From an uncultured Gammaproteobacteria bacterium (lineage in GTDB: Bacteria > Patescibacteriota > Microgenomatia > UBA1406 > HO2-37-13b), in contig CAYPSA010000001.1 in NCBI GenBank assembly GCA_964413645.1, positions 8,389 to 72,388 of the forward strand: a stretch of 64,000 nt of DNA, given 5' to 3'. A program made the translations under genes and the position numbers. This document shows, in pieces, positions 34,546-43,728 of this stretch (positions within the stretch are counted from its first letter, which is position 1; each line of letters opens with the position of its first letter). The notes under the pieces were generated by a model. The model was not told the DNA's origin. It made no database searches and worked only from the letters and a program-made list of their open reading frames with translations.

Positions 34546-35253
34546 ATGGTAGAAAAAAAGACCGTATCCACTAAAGCAGTAAAATCAACCTCGAAGGTTG
34601 TCAAAAGCGTTTCAAAAGACGTTTCAGCTCCTTTGTATGATCTTGATGGAAAATCAGCCGGAACCGTTTCGCTTCCTGGTGAACTTTTCAATATTACCAA
34701 CTCTCCACAATTACTTGCTCAATATGTACGAGTATATCTTGCAAATCAACGACAAGGAACCGCTTCAACCAAAACTCGAAGCGAAGTTACTGGTTCAACT
34801 CGAAAAATTTACAAGCAAAAAGGAACGGGTCGAGCACGACATGGTGCAGACAAAGCTCCTATTTTTGTAGGCGGAGGAGTTGCTTTTGGTCCTCGACCAC
34901 AAGATCACACCCTTTCACTTACCAAAAAACAACGAACCAAAGCACTTCTTATGACGCTCTCCGCTCATGTCGAAAATAAGTCGCTCTCAGTTGTTACTAT
35001 GGCCAAAGCCACCGGAAAAACTAAACAAATGAATTCATTATTCACTGCACTCAAAGCCCCCAAAGGCACCATGTTTGTATATTCATCAACTGTTTCAAAT
35101 GCAGCGGCCGGAGCATCTAATTTGCCAACAGTGCGAAGTGTTGATGCATCTATCCTGAATGCATACGATGTCATTCGAGCAAAGCATGTTGTTTTTGCGC
35201 AAGAAGCATTAAGCCATTTCTTAGAAGTTCGACAAAAAAACAATGAGAATTAA
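34546..35253 (+). CDS. rplD: 50S ribosomal protein L4
   Basis: L4-like sequence ([11 protein letters not shown]). Confidence 0.95.
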   Translation: MVEKKTVSTKAVKSTSKVVKSVSKDVSAPLYDLDGKSAGTVSLPGELFNITNSPQLLAQYVRVYLANQRQGTASTKTRSEVTGSTRKIYKQKGTGRARHGADKAPIFVGGGVAFGPRPQDHTLSLTKKQRTKALLMTLSAHVENKSLSVVTMAKATGKTKQMNSLFTALKAPKGTMFVYSSTVSNAAAGASNLPTVRSVDASILNAYDVIRAKHVVFAQEALSHFLEVRQKNNEN

Positions 35254-35530
35254 CGATATTATCATCCAGCCTCACTTAACCGAAAAAGCAGTCGGTAAAT
35301 CAAAATTGACCGTATATTCCTTTGAAGTTGCACTTTTGGCTTCTAAAGACAATATTCGCAATGCAGTTGAAGAGCTTTTCTCAGTAAAAGTCGATCGTGT
35401 TCGAACGGTTGTTCGCAAAGGCAAATTCAAACGAACCGGTCGTAAGATGATTACCAAACAACGACCAGATCGAAAAATTGCATATGTTACCGTAAAAGAA
35501 GGAACAATTAGTGTATTCCCACAAGCATAA
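35243..35530 (+). CDS. rplW: 50S ribosomal protein L23
   Basis: L23-like sequence; conserved position. Confidence 0.93.
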   Translation: MRINDIIIQPHLTEKAVGKSKLTVYSFEVALLASKDNIRNAVEELFSVKVDRVRTVVRKGKFKRTGRKMITKQRPDRKIAYVTVKEGTISVFPQA

Positions 35531-35531
35531 T

Positions 35532-36320
35532 ATGAAAACAAAAACAAAAGTTATTAGCAAAGTCAGTAAGAAAGTCGCTCGAACCAAGCGATTAACCGAA
35601 ATTCTAAAAAAGCATTCCGGTAGAAATTTCACTGGTACCGTGAGCGTTCGTCATCAGGGCGGTCGTCAAAAACGCATGTATCGACATGTCGATTTTAAAC
35701 GTGCCGGCGATCTTAAAGGTACCGTATTGAGTATTGAATACGATCCAAATCGAACATCACATATTGCATTAGTTGATTTCGGTGATAAAGATCTGCGATA
35801 CATCTTAGCTCCTCACGGACTTGAAGCAGGAGCAACTGTAGAATCCGGGGCAAATGTAGAACTTGTTGTTGGAAACACACTTCCATTATCATCAATCCCA
35901 CTTGGAGCAGAAGTTCATAATGTAGAACTGTATCCAGGTCAAGGAGGACAACTTGCCAAAAGCGCTGGAACACTTGCAATTGTTGTTGCTAAAGATGGTT
36001 TATACGCCGACATTAAGCTTCCATCCAAAGAAATTCGAAAAGTATTATTAACATGCTTGGCAACAATCGGACGTATTTCAAATATTGAACGCAAACACGA
36101 AGTTATTGGAAAAGCCGGACGCGCGCGACTTATGGGTATTCGTCCAACCATTCGAGGAGTTGCTCAAAATCCACGCTCACATCCACACGGTGGAGGAGAA
36201 GGTAAGACCGGAGAAGCAATGCATCCAAAAACACGTCAGGGTAAGTCAGCACGAGGTACTCGAACACGTGATAAGAAGAAATGGAGTTCTAAATTAATCG
36301 TCAAACGACGAAAACCATAA
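35532..36320 (+). CDS. rplB: 50S ribosomal protein L2
   Basis: GGGEGKTG, MGIRPTIRGVAQNP motifs; start trimmed to the ATG in the TAATATG junction. Confidence 0.96.
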   Translation: MKTKTKVISKVSKKVARTKRLTEILKKHSGRNFTGTVSVRHQGGRQKRMYRHVDFKRAGDLKGTVLSIEYDPNRTSHIALVDFGDKDLRYILAPHGLEAGATVESGANVELVVGNTLPLSSIPLGAEVHNVELYPGQGGQLAKSAGTLAIVVAKDGLYADIKLPSKEIRKVLLTCLATIGRISNIERKHEVIGKAGRARLMGIRPTIRGVAQNPRSHPHGGGEGKTGEAMHPKTRQGKSARGTRTRDKKKWSSKLIVKRRKP

Positions 36321-36324
36321 ACAT

Positions 36325-36792
36325 ATGGAATCATTAACATACATTAAATACAACCGAATTTCGCCAAAAAAATTGCGATTTATTCTTGACGATGTCAAGA
36401 AATTCACGCCTGAACAGGCCATTGTACGGCTTGAATACAGTCCACTTCGAACAAGTAAGTTACTTGCTAAAGCTCTTAGTAGTGCGCTATCTAATGCATC
36501 TGCAGCTTTAAAAATAGATAAAAATTTGTTACAATTCAAGACACTGCTTGTGGAAGAAGGCCCACAATTAAAAAGAATGCGTCCAGGATCTCGCGGAATG
36601 GGCAGAATGTTTAAACGCAGAAGTAGTCACATCAAGATTGTATTAGTGGGTAAGGAGAGCGCAAGTGTGTCAACCTCACAGGTTACCAGTGCGCAGACAA
36701 GCCCGGAGGTTGCCGAAAAAGCAGAAGTTATAAAACCAAAAGTTACAAATAAACCCGCCGGGCAGAGCCCTCTGGGCGGCGCCAAAAAATAA
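36325..36792 (+). CDS. rplV: 50S ribosomal protein L22, with C-terminal extension
   Basis: L22 core; follows rplB after 4 nt, with no rpsS in between. Confidence 0.93.
   Translation: MESLTYIKYNRISPKKLRFILDDVKKFTPEQAIVRLEYSPLRTSKLLAKALSSALSNASAALKIDKNLLQFKTLLVEEGPQLKRMRPGSRGMGRMFKRRSSHIKIVLVGKESASVSTSQVTSAQTSPEVAEKAEVIKPKVTNKPAGQSPLGGAKK
36754..36783 (+). repeat. 30-nt GC-rich segment shared with 9658-9687 (encodes PAGQSPLGGA)
   Basis: CCCGCCGGGC......CTCTGGGCGGCGCC. Confidence 0.7.
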
Positions 36793-36793
36793 T

Positions 36794-37447
36794 ATGGGTC
36801 AAAAAGTTCATCCAAAAGGTTTACGGCTCGGAATCACCCAACCATGGGATTCCCGATGGATGTTTGGAAGCAAACGAATGTTCCGTGAAACTTTACTCGA
36901 TGACATTAAAATTCGAGCTGGTCTTATGGAAGCATTTAAATTCGCACATGTAACACGTGTTGAAATTGAACGTGCTATTAACAAAATCGTAATCACGTTA
37001 CATGCTGTTAAACCAGGAATGCTTATTGGCCGAGGTGGAAAAGGCTTGGAAGATGTAAAGAAATTTGTTACCGATATTGTCGGACAAGCTCGAATTGAAA
37101 AAGAAAAAATTAAAATTGATCTTAAAATTGAACCGGTCAAAAAGCCATACTTGAATGCATATTATGTTGCAACCGACATTGCCGGAAAAATTGTCCGAGG
37201 ATTGCCACACCGAATTGTCATTCATCATACACTTGACCGTGTTATGGAATCAGGTGCCAAAGGAGTCAAGATTCAATTGGGTGGACGTATTAATGGAGCA
37301 TCAATTTCACGACGAGAAAAATATTATCAAGGAACCGTGCCAGTTTCTACCATCCGTGAAGATGTAGATTTCGCATTGTTCCCAGCATTAACAAAATCAG
37401 GATATGTAGGAGTTAAAGTATGGATTTCTCGAAAAGAGGAAGAATAA
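36794..37447 (+). CDS. rpsC: 30S ribosomal protein S3
   Basis: MGQKVHPKGLRLG N-terminus; KH domain. Confidence 0.96.
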   Translation: MGQKVHPKGLRLGITQPWDSRWMFGSKRMFRETLLDDIKIRAGLMEAFKFAHVTRVEIERAINKIVITLHAVKPGMLIGRGGKGLEDVKKFVTDIVGQARIEKEKIKIDLKIEPVKKPYLNAYYVATDIAGKIVRGLPHRIVIHHTLDRVMESGAKGVKIQLGGRINGASISRREKYYQGTVPVSTIREDVDFALFPALTKSGYVGVKVWISRKEEE

Positions 37448-37451
37448 AAGT

Positions 37452-37856
37452 ATGTTATCACCAAAACGTCAAAAACATCGTAAAACATTTCGGGGAACAT
37501 GGCGACGAATTGCCGTAAAAGGTGAAGAAGTTAATTTTGGTAGTTTTGGTATAAAGTCAGCCGATCAAGGGTGGATTACTGATCGACAAATCGAAGCGTG
37601 CCGAGTTATTTTGGCCCGATCAACACGAAAAGTAGGAAAATTTTGGATTCGTATTTTTCCTGACAAACCATATACTAAAAAACCACCAGAAGTAACGATG
37701 GGATCAGGTAAAGGAGAAGTATCGCACTTTGTTGCATCAGTCGTTCCGGGTCGCGTAATTTTTGAAGTCGACGGTCTTGATGAAGCATTAGTAAAAAAAA
37801 TGCATAAAAATATTTCATCAAAGTTGCCTATTAAAACCATGATGGTTGCCAAATAA
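37452..37856 (+). CDS. rplP: 50S ribosomal protein L16
   Basis: MLSPKRQKHRK N-terminus. Confidence 0.96.
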   Translation: MLSPKRQKHRKTFRGTWRRIAVKGEEVNFGSFGIKSADQGWITDRQIEACRVILARSTRKVGKFWIRIFPDKPYTKKPPEVTMGSGKGEVSHFVASVVPGRVIFEVDGLDEALVKKMHKNISSKLPIKTMMVAK

Positions 37857-37857
37857 T

Positions 37858-38061
37858 ATGAAAAAAAACGATATTAAAAAATTACATGATGAAACAGCTG
37901 TTTCATTACTCAAAAAAGCGCAAACGCTTAAAAGCGAACTTGCAACGTTGCGAGTAAATGCACGGAATAATCCTCCAAAGGATACAAATACCGTAAGTAA
38001 AAAAAAGAAAGAATTAGCAATTTTATTAACCGTAGCACACTTAAAAGCTACAACAAACTAA
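37858..38061 (+). CDS. rpmC: 50S ribosomal protein L29
   Basis: Position and L29-like helical sequence; start at the TAATATG junction. Confidence 0.88.
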   Translation: MKKNDIKKLHDETAVSLLKKAQTLKSELATLRVNARNNPPKDTNTVSKKKKELAILLTVAHLKATTN

Positions 38062-38062
38062 T

Positions 38063-38305
38063 ATGGCACAAACAGTAGTCGGAAAAGTTGTTTCAACCAA
38101 AATGCAAAACACCGTCGTTGTGTCAGTTGAGCGTTCATTTAAAATGCCAATTTACAAGAAGATCATCCGACGTCATAAAAAATATAAAGCACATAATGAA
38201 GACCTTTCAATTAACGAAGGTGATACCGTAGAAATTGTTCGATCACGACCAATTTCAAAAGATAAGCATTTCAAAGTATTAAAAGTTATCGAAAAAGCCC
38301 AATAA
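38063..38305 (+). CDS. rpsQ: 30S ribosomal protein S17
   Basis: VGKVVSTKMQNTVVVSVER S17 pattern. Confidence 0.94.
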   Translation: MAQTVVGKVVSTKMQNTVVVSVERSFKMPIYKKIIRRHKKYKAHNEDLSINEGDTVEIVRSRPISKDKHFKVLKVIEKAQ

Positions 38306-38308
38306 CAC

Positions 38309-38683
38309 ATGTTGCAATTACGATCAGTCATGACCGTTGCCGATAATACCGGCGCCCGCTTGGCCTATATGATAGGTATTCCAGGTCGTGGAAATAAAAA
38401 AATTGCAAGTATTGGCGATGTTATTATGGTTGTCGTTAAGGAAGCCGATCCTCATGCACAAGTTAAGCGAGGAGACAAATTCCCGGCAGTAATTGTTCGC
38501 ACTGCCAAAGAAGTGGGTAGAAAAGACGGTAGCTATATTCGATTTGATGAAAATGCATGTGTTATTTTGAATGCAAAAGATGAGAAAGATCCAAAGGGAA
38601 CTCGTGTATTTGGACCAGTCGCTCGAGAAGTAAAAGAAGCAGGATTTAACAAAATTGCCAGTTTAGCACCAGAAATTTACTAA
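38309..38683 (+). CDS. rplN: 50S ribosomal protein L14
   Basis: VADNTGAR motif. Confidence 0.96.
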   Translation: MLQLRSVMTVADNTGARLAYMIGIPGRGNKKIASIGDVIMVVVKEADPHAQVKRGDKFPAVIVRTAKEVGRKDGSYIRFDENACVILNAKDEKDPKGTRVFGPVAREVKEAGFNKIASLAPEIY

Positions 38684-38689
38684 AAATAT

Positions 38690-38995
38690 ATGAAATTACG
38701 AAAAGGCGATAACGTTATTGTTACCGCAGGAAAAGACAAAGGGAAAAAGGGAAGTATTGATCGCGTATATCCTAAGCAACACAAAGTGTTGGTTAAAGAT
38801 GTAAATATGTACAAAAAACATATTAAAAAAACCGATCAAAACCCAGCAGGTGGCCTTGTAAGCTTACCTCGTCCTTTAGCTGATGCAAAAGTAGCATTAG
38901 TATGCCCAAAATGCAAAAAAGCAACCAGAGTTGGATATGAAATTGATGGAAAAGCCAAATTCCGTCGTTGTAAAAAATGTGGACAACGAATTTAA
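38690..38995 (+). CDS. rplX: 50S ribosomal protein L24, with Cys4 (CPKC...CKKC) C-terminal knuckle
   Basis: KGDNVIVTAGKDKGKKG KOW motif; CxxC x2 near the C-terminus. Confidence 0.94.
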   Translation: MKLRKGDNVIVTAGKDKGKKGSIDRVYPKQHKVLVKDVNMYKKHIKKTDQNPAGGLVSLPRPLADAKVALVCPKCKKATRVGYEIDGKAKFRRCKKCGQRI

Positions 38996-38997
38996 CT

Positions 38998-39540
38998 ATG
39001 AAATACAAAGATTATTATTTGCAAGAAATTGTGCCAGCACTTAAAAAAGATCTCAAAATTGAGAATATCTTTCAAGTGCCAAAAATGAAAAAAGTCGTCG
39101 TTAACGTTGGAGCAGGTGAAGCGGCAACCGACAAAAAAGTGTTGGATCGTGTAACCGCCGACTTAACTGCAATTACCGGTCAAAAGCCAGTAATTACAAA
39201 AGCGCGAAAATCAATTTCAGCATTCAAGATTCGAAAAGGATTAGCTATCGGAGCAAAAGTCACCTTGCGCGGCGATAAAATGTATGACTTTGTCGAGAAG
39301 TTATTCAAAATCGTATTGCCACGTATTCGCGATTTCCGAGGCGTCAGCATGACTGGTGTCGACGATCGTGGAACCTTTAATTTGGGCATGACCGATCAAA
39401 CCCTGTTTCCTGAGATCGAATATGATAAAATAGACAAGATTCGAGGATTACAAATAACAATTGTCACTACTGCTCAATCTAAAGATGATTTGGTTGCTTT
39501 CTTGAAATTGTTAGGATTACCATTTGAGGTCAAAGTTTAA
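38998..39540 (+). CDS. rplE: 50S ribosomal protein L5
   Basis: L5-like sequence; start trimmed to MKYKDYYLQ. Confidence 0.95.
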   Translation: MKYKDYYLQEIVPALKKDLKIENIFQVPKMKKVVVNVGAGEAATDKKVLDRVTADLTAITGQKPVITKARKSISAFKIRKGLAIGAKVTLRGDKMYDFVEKLFKIVLPRIRDFRGVSMTGVDDRGTFNLGMTDQTLFPEIEYDKIDKIRGLQITIVTTAQSKDDLVAFLKLLGLPFEVKV

Positions 39541-39541
39541 T

Positions 39542-39727
39542 ATGGCTAAAAAATCAAGCGTTTTAAAATTTCAACACGAACAAAAATTTGCAACACGCAA
39601 TGTGAATCGTTGCCCACTTTGTGGACGTGCACGAGGATACATTCGCCGATTTGGGTTATGTCGCATTTGTTTCCGAACAAAAGCATTACAAGGAGAAATT
39701 CCTGGAGTTACAAAAGTTTCTTGGTAA
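39542..39727 (+). CDS. rpsN: 30S ribosomal protein S14, type Z (zinc-binding, 61 aa)
   Basis: [22 protein letters not shown]. Confidence 0.95.
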   Translation: MAKKSSVLKFQHEQKFATRNVNRCPLCGRARGYIRRFGLCRICFRTKALQGEIPGVTKVSW

Positions 39728-39730
39728 ATT

Positions 39731-40015
39731 ATGTCACGATCATCTAAAAAAGGACCATACGTCGACGAAAAATTATTGAAAAAAGTACTTTCTCAAAAAG
39801 ATGGTGCTTCTCGAACTGCTATTAAAACATGGCGTCGAGAAAGTCAGATTCCACCTGAATTTGTGGGAGTAACATTTGCAGTACATAATGGCAAGAAATT
39901 TATCGATGTATTAGTTTCTGAATCAATGGTCGGACATCGTCTTGGTGAATTTTCACCATCACGAACATTTAAGGGACACGGAAAAGTTACCAAGCGAGTA
40001 CTTGACAAGACATAA
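39731..40015 (+). CDS. rpsS: 30S ribosomal protein S19 (at a non-canonical position)
   Basis: [33 protein letters not shown]19 signature. Confidence 0.95.
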   Translation: MSRSSKKGPYVDEKLLKKVLSQKDGASRTAIKTWRRESQIPPEFVGVTFAVHNGKKFIDVLVSESMVGHRLGEFSPSRTFKGHGKVTKRVLDKT

Positions 40016-40019
40016 TATT

Positions 40020-40409
40020 ATGAAAAACCAAGCATCAGATTTACCAATCAGAATTAAAAACGGGTATTTAGCTCAAAAGCCATCAATCGTTGTTGATGAC
40101 ACTAAAATGAATCGTGTCATTCTTGACCTTCTTAAATCAGAAGGATACATTGGTGCTTTTGCCCAAAAAGGTGAAGGAGTCAAATCATATATCGAAGTCG
40201 ACTTGTTATATAAAAATAGAATGCCTGCTTTGTCAGGAGTCAAGATTATTTCAAAACCAGGTCGCCGAGTATACGAATCTGTCAGAACTATTAAACCAGT
40301 TTTGGGTGGATTGGGTGTTGCTATTATTTCAACACCAGCCGGTATGATTACCGACAAAATGGCTCGTGAAAAGAAAGTCGGCGGTGAAGTGTTATTTTAC
40401 ATGTGGTAA
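40020..40409 (+). CDS. rpsH: 30S ribosomal protein S8
   Basis: S8-like sequence (IRIKNGYLA.., GGEVLFYMW end); start trimmed. Confidence 0.95.
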   Translation: MKNQASDLPIRIKNGYLAQKPSIVVDDTKMNRVILDLLKSEGYIGAFAQKGEGVKSYIEVDLLYKNRMPALSGVKIISKPGRRVYESVRTIKPVLGGLGVAIISTPAGMITDKMAREKKVGGEVLFYMW

Positions 40410-40413
40410 AACT

Positions 40414-40956
40414 ATGTCTAAAGTAGGAAATAAATTAATTACAATTCCAAGTGGCGTAACCGTTACGATTACTCCCACAGAAGTCACGGTAGCCGGATCA
40501 CACGGTCAGCTTAGTGTGCCCGTTCCAAGTGTTATTACCGTTACCCAAGATGGGGAAAATTTGACCGTAACTCGTTCAAATGAAACGGCTCATACCAAGG
40601 CATTGCATGGATTAACACGAACACTTATTAATAACGCAGTTATTGGCGTTGAAAAAGAATGGGAAAAAAATTTGGAAGTTGTTGGAACCGGATATCGTGT
40701 AAAACAAGCCGGTGAAAATTTAACATTCGAAGTCGGATATTCCCACAATATTGAATTTAAAAAAGTAGATGGAGTTACATTTGTAGTTGGCGGAAACAAC
40801 AAAGTAAAAATTGTTGGAATCGACAAACAACTAGTAGGCGAAGTCGCATTTAAAATTAAGGCATTAAAGAAACCAGATCCATACAAAGGAAAAGGGATCC
40901 GATATGAAGGTGAAGTTATTCGTTTGAAAGCAGGAAAGAAAGCTAAAACAGCATAA
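40414..40956 (+). CDS. rplF: 50S ribosomal protein L6
   Basis: MSKVGNKLITIPSGV N-terminus; start trimmed. Confidence 0.95.
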   Translation: MSKVGNKLITIPSGVTVTITPTEVTVAGSHGQLSVPVPSVITVTQDGENLTVTRSNETAHTKALHGLTRTLINNAVIGVEKEWEKNLEVVGTGYRVKQAGENLTFEVGYSHNIEFKKVDGVTFVVGGNNKVKIVGIDKQLVGEVAFKIKALKKPDPYKGKGIRYEGEVIRLKAGKKAKTA

Positions 40957-40959
40957 CCT

Positions 40960-41301
40960 ATGAAAATTACCGCAGCAAATCGTAGAAAAAAAAGAGTTCG
41001 ATCAAAAATCGTTGGAGTAAGTGTATATCCACGATTAAGTATTTTCCGATCGAACAAGCATATTTCAGCTCAGCTTATTGCCGATGACAAAGGTCATACA
41101 TTAGCTGCAGAAAGTGATTTGACAACCAAAACAGAAAAAGCAACCAAAACAGAAAAAGCAAAAGCAGTTGGTCTTGCACTTGGAAAAAAAATTATGGATT
41201 TGAAAATTAAGCAAGTCGTATTCGATCGTGGTTCATATAAATACGATGGTCGTGTTAAAGCAGTTGCAGAAGGTGTACGTGAAGCAGGAGTTATAATCTA
41301 A
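40960..41301 (+). CDS. rplR: 50S ribosomal protein L18
   Basis: RLSIFRSNKHISAQLIDD, FDRGSYKYDGRVKA motifs. Confidence 0.95.
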   Translation: MKITAANRRKKRVRSKIVGVSVYPRLSIFRSNKHISAQLIADDKGHTLAAESDLTTKTEKATKTEKAKAVGLALGKKIMDLKIKQVVFDRGSYKYDGRVKAVAEGVREAGVII

Positions 41302-41309
41302 ACTAAATT

Positions 41310-41825
41310 ATGGCATACGAAAAAAAACGAGAATCAAAAGACGGCATCGAAGAAAAAGTATTGTTGATTCGCCGAGTTTCTAAAAAAACAACCGGAGGAA
41401 ACCAAATTAACTTTTCAGCGCTCGTCGTTGTCGGCGATCATGCCGGAAAAGTCGGAGTAGGATTGGGTCGTGGTTTGGAAGTCCCACAAGCAATCAAGAA
41501 AGCTATTGCTTATGCTCGAAAACACATGATTATTGTTCCTATGCGAAATGGAACTATTCCTCATGAAGTCAGAACAAAACATCATGCTGCTGTTCTTATT
41601 CTTAAACCAGCCCCAGTCGGAGTCGGTTTGAAAGTGGGAAGTGTCGTTCGATCAATCTTAAGTTTGGCCGGTGTTACTAATGCATCAGCAAAAATTCTCG
41701 GATCCCGAAATCATATTGCTAATGCATATGTCACCATCAAAGCGCTTGCAAGTCTAAAAAGTCACAAAATTTCTGAAACCAAAAAAGGTGCAAAGAAAGA
41801 AACTGTAGTAACTACAGCTAAATAA
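41310..41825 (+). CDS. rpsE: 30S ribosomal protein S5
   Basis: IRRVSKKTTGG.., GVGLGRG motifs. Confidence 0.95.
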   Translation: MAYEKKRESKDGIEEKVLLIRRVSKKTTGGNQINFSALVVVGDHAGKVGVGLGRGLEVPQAIKKAIAYARKHMIIVPMRNGTIPHEVRTKHHAAVLILKPAPVGVGLKVGSVVRSILSLAGVTNASAKILGSRNHIANAYVTIKALASLKSHKISETKKGAKKETVVTTAK

Positions 41826-41830
41826 TACCT

Positions 41831-42256
41831 ATGAATACACTACATACATTACCAAAATTAGTTACTAAATCCGCCGATATCATCGGACGAGGATACGGTT
41901 CACGCCGAGGTGCCAAATCAGGACGTGGAACTACCCGACACCAAGCTGCTCGAGAAAAAATTAAAGAAGATTATGAAGGTGGACAAAACAAACTAACAAA
42001 AAAATTCCCACTTTTACGAGGAAAGGCTCGTAATAAATCAATCCAGCCAATGCGTGTAACGGTTTCATTAACTGAACTTTCAAAAATGCCAGCAAAAAGT
42101 ACCGTTACTCTTGAATCACTCGTGCAAGCGGGGATAATTAGCAAGCAAGATGCCCCTCGCGGTGTTAAAATAGTTAATATCGGAGAAATTACTAAACAGT
42201 TGGACATTCAAGTCCCTATTAGTAAGACAGCGGCTAAAAAAATTGCTAATATATGA
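41831..42256 (+). CDS. rplO: 50S ribosomal protein L15 (directly after rpsE; no L30 gene)
   Basis: GRGYGSRRGAKSGRGTT motif. Confidence 0.93.
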   Translation: MNTLHTLPKLVTKSADIIGRGYGSRRGAKSGRGTTRHQAAREKIKEDYEGGQNKLTKKFPLLRGKARNKSIQPMRVTVSLTELSKMPAKSTVTLESLVQAGIISKQDAPRGVKIVNIGEITKQLDIQVPISKTAAKKIANI

Positions 42257-43542
42257 TTAAAGCGCTTCAAAAAAAACTACGAGCAGTGTGGGCTGATAAA
42301 GCCATTAAACGAAAGATAATTTTTACGTTTTTTATCATTGCATTATTTCGAGTTTTTACCTATCTTCCAGTTCCAGCAGTCGATCTTGCTCGTTTAAAAG
42401 AACTATTTAGTCAAAGTCAGTTTTTGTCATTACTCGACATTTTTTCAGGTGGAACACTTGTTAATTTCTCAGTTATGGCCTTAGGACTTGGCCCCTACAT
42501 TAATGCTTCAATTATTATTCAACTCCTTACAATTGTATTTCCAAAGCTCGAAGAAATTTCCAAAGAAGGTGAATCGGGTCGAGCAAAACTCAATCAGTAT
42601 ACTCGTTTTTTAACGATTCCTATCACACTTATCCAATCGGTTGGAATGTACGTTTTGCTTCAAAATCAGCAAGTTATTGCGCCACTTAATTTCTTAGAAT
42701 TCGTTTCATTTATTACCACGCTAACTGCAGGTACTTTTATCCTTATGTGGTTTGGAGAACTTATTTCAGAGTACGGGTTGGGTAATGGAATTTCACTCCT
42801 TATTTTTAGTGGAATTATTGCCCGCGTCGCAGTACAACTGACAACGCAATCTTTTACCGTTGATCAACAAAATATATTTGGACTCATCGCAATACTGCTC
42901 GTTTCCATCGGAGTTGTGTATGCCGTCGTCTTTATTAACGAAGCCGTTCGTCGCATTCCTATTTTTTATGCAAAGCGCGTACGAGGAAACAAAATGTATC
43001 AAGGAGCAACGAATTATTTACCTCTCAAATTAAATCAGGCGGGGGTTATTCCAATTATTTTCGCAGTTTCTTTTGTATTATTCCCACAAATGATCGGAAA
43101 CTTTTTACTGAACGTAAAAAATCCAGCACTTGCACAATTTGGTACATTTTTAGCTACAACATTTAATCCAAATGGCGTTGTCTATAATGTCATGTATTTC
43201 TTACTCATCGTTGCATTTACATTTTTCTATACTATTATCGTTTTCAGTCCACAAAAGATTTCCGATGATATTCAAAAAAATGGAGGATTTATTCCTGGTA
43301 TACGTCCTGGTTCCAATACCAAGCAATATTTAGAAAAAATCCTATATCGCATTACTTCAGTCGGAGCAGTCTTTTTAGGTCTAATTGCAATCATGCCATC
43401 GATTCTTTCTCAGATGACCGGTGTGCAAAGTATCGCAGTAGGTGGAACAGGAATTCTTATCGTTGTCTCAGTTGTTCTTGAAACATTCAAAACAATTGAA
43501 GCGCAACTCGTTACAAGAAGTTACGACAAATTTATCAATTAA
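42253..43542 (+). CDS. secY: Preprotein translocase subunit SecY
   Basis: 10-TM protein with SecY motifs (LGLGPYINASII, GELISEYGLGNG); ATGA overlap with rplO. Confidence 0.96.
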   Translation: MIKALQKKLRAVWADKAIKRKIIFTFFIIALFRVFTYLPVPAVDLARLKELFSQSQFLSLLDIFSGGTLVNFSVMALGLGPYINASIIIQLLTIVFPKLEEISKEGESGRAKLNQYTRFLTIPITLIQSVGMYVLLQNQQVIAPLNFLEFVSFITTLTAGTFILMWFGELISEYGLGNGISLLIFSGIIARVAVQLTTQSFTVDQQNIFGLIAILLVSIGVVYAVVFINEAVRRIPIFYAKRVRGNKMYQGATNYLPLKLNQAGVIPIIFAVSFVLFPQMIGNFLLNVKNPALAQFGTFLATTFNPNGVVYNVMYFLLIVAFTFFYTIIVFSPQKISDDIQKNGGFIPGIRPGSNTKQYLEKILYRITSVGAVFLGLIAIMPSILSQMTGVQSIAVGGTGILIVVSVVLETFKTIEAQLVTRSYDKFIN

Positions 43543-43551
43543 TAATTAACT

Positions 43552-43725
43552 ATGGCAAAAAAAAGTTCACGAATCAAAGTAGGACTTGAATGCACTGTTT
43601 GCAAAAGCCACAATTACGTGACCGACCGAAATAAGGTCAACACAACTGAGAGCTTAAAACTTCTCAAATTTTGCAGCAGGTGTAATAAACGAACCGAGCA
43701 CAAGGAAAAGAAGAAATTACATTAA
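43552..43725 (+). CDS. rpmG: 50S ribosomal protein L33 (Cys4 form, 57 aa; not in the ORF track)
   Basis: Hand translation MAKKSSRIKVGLECTVCKSHNYVTDRNKVNTTESLKLLKFCSRCNKRTEHKEKKKLH. Confidence 0.88.
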   Translation: MAKKSSRIKVGLECTVCKSHNYVTDRNKVNTTESLKLLKFCSRCNKRTEHKEKKKLH

Positions 43726-43728
43726 TCA

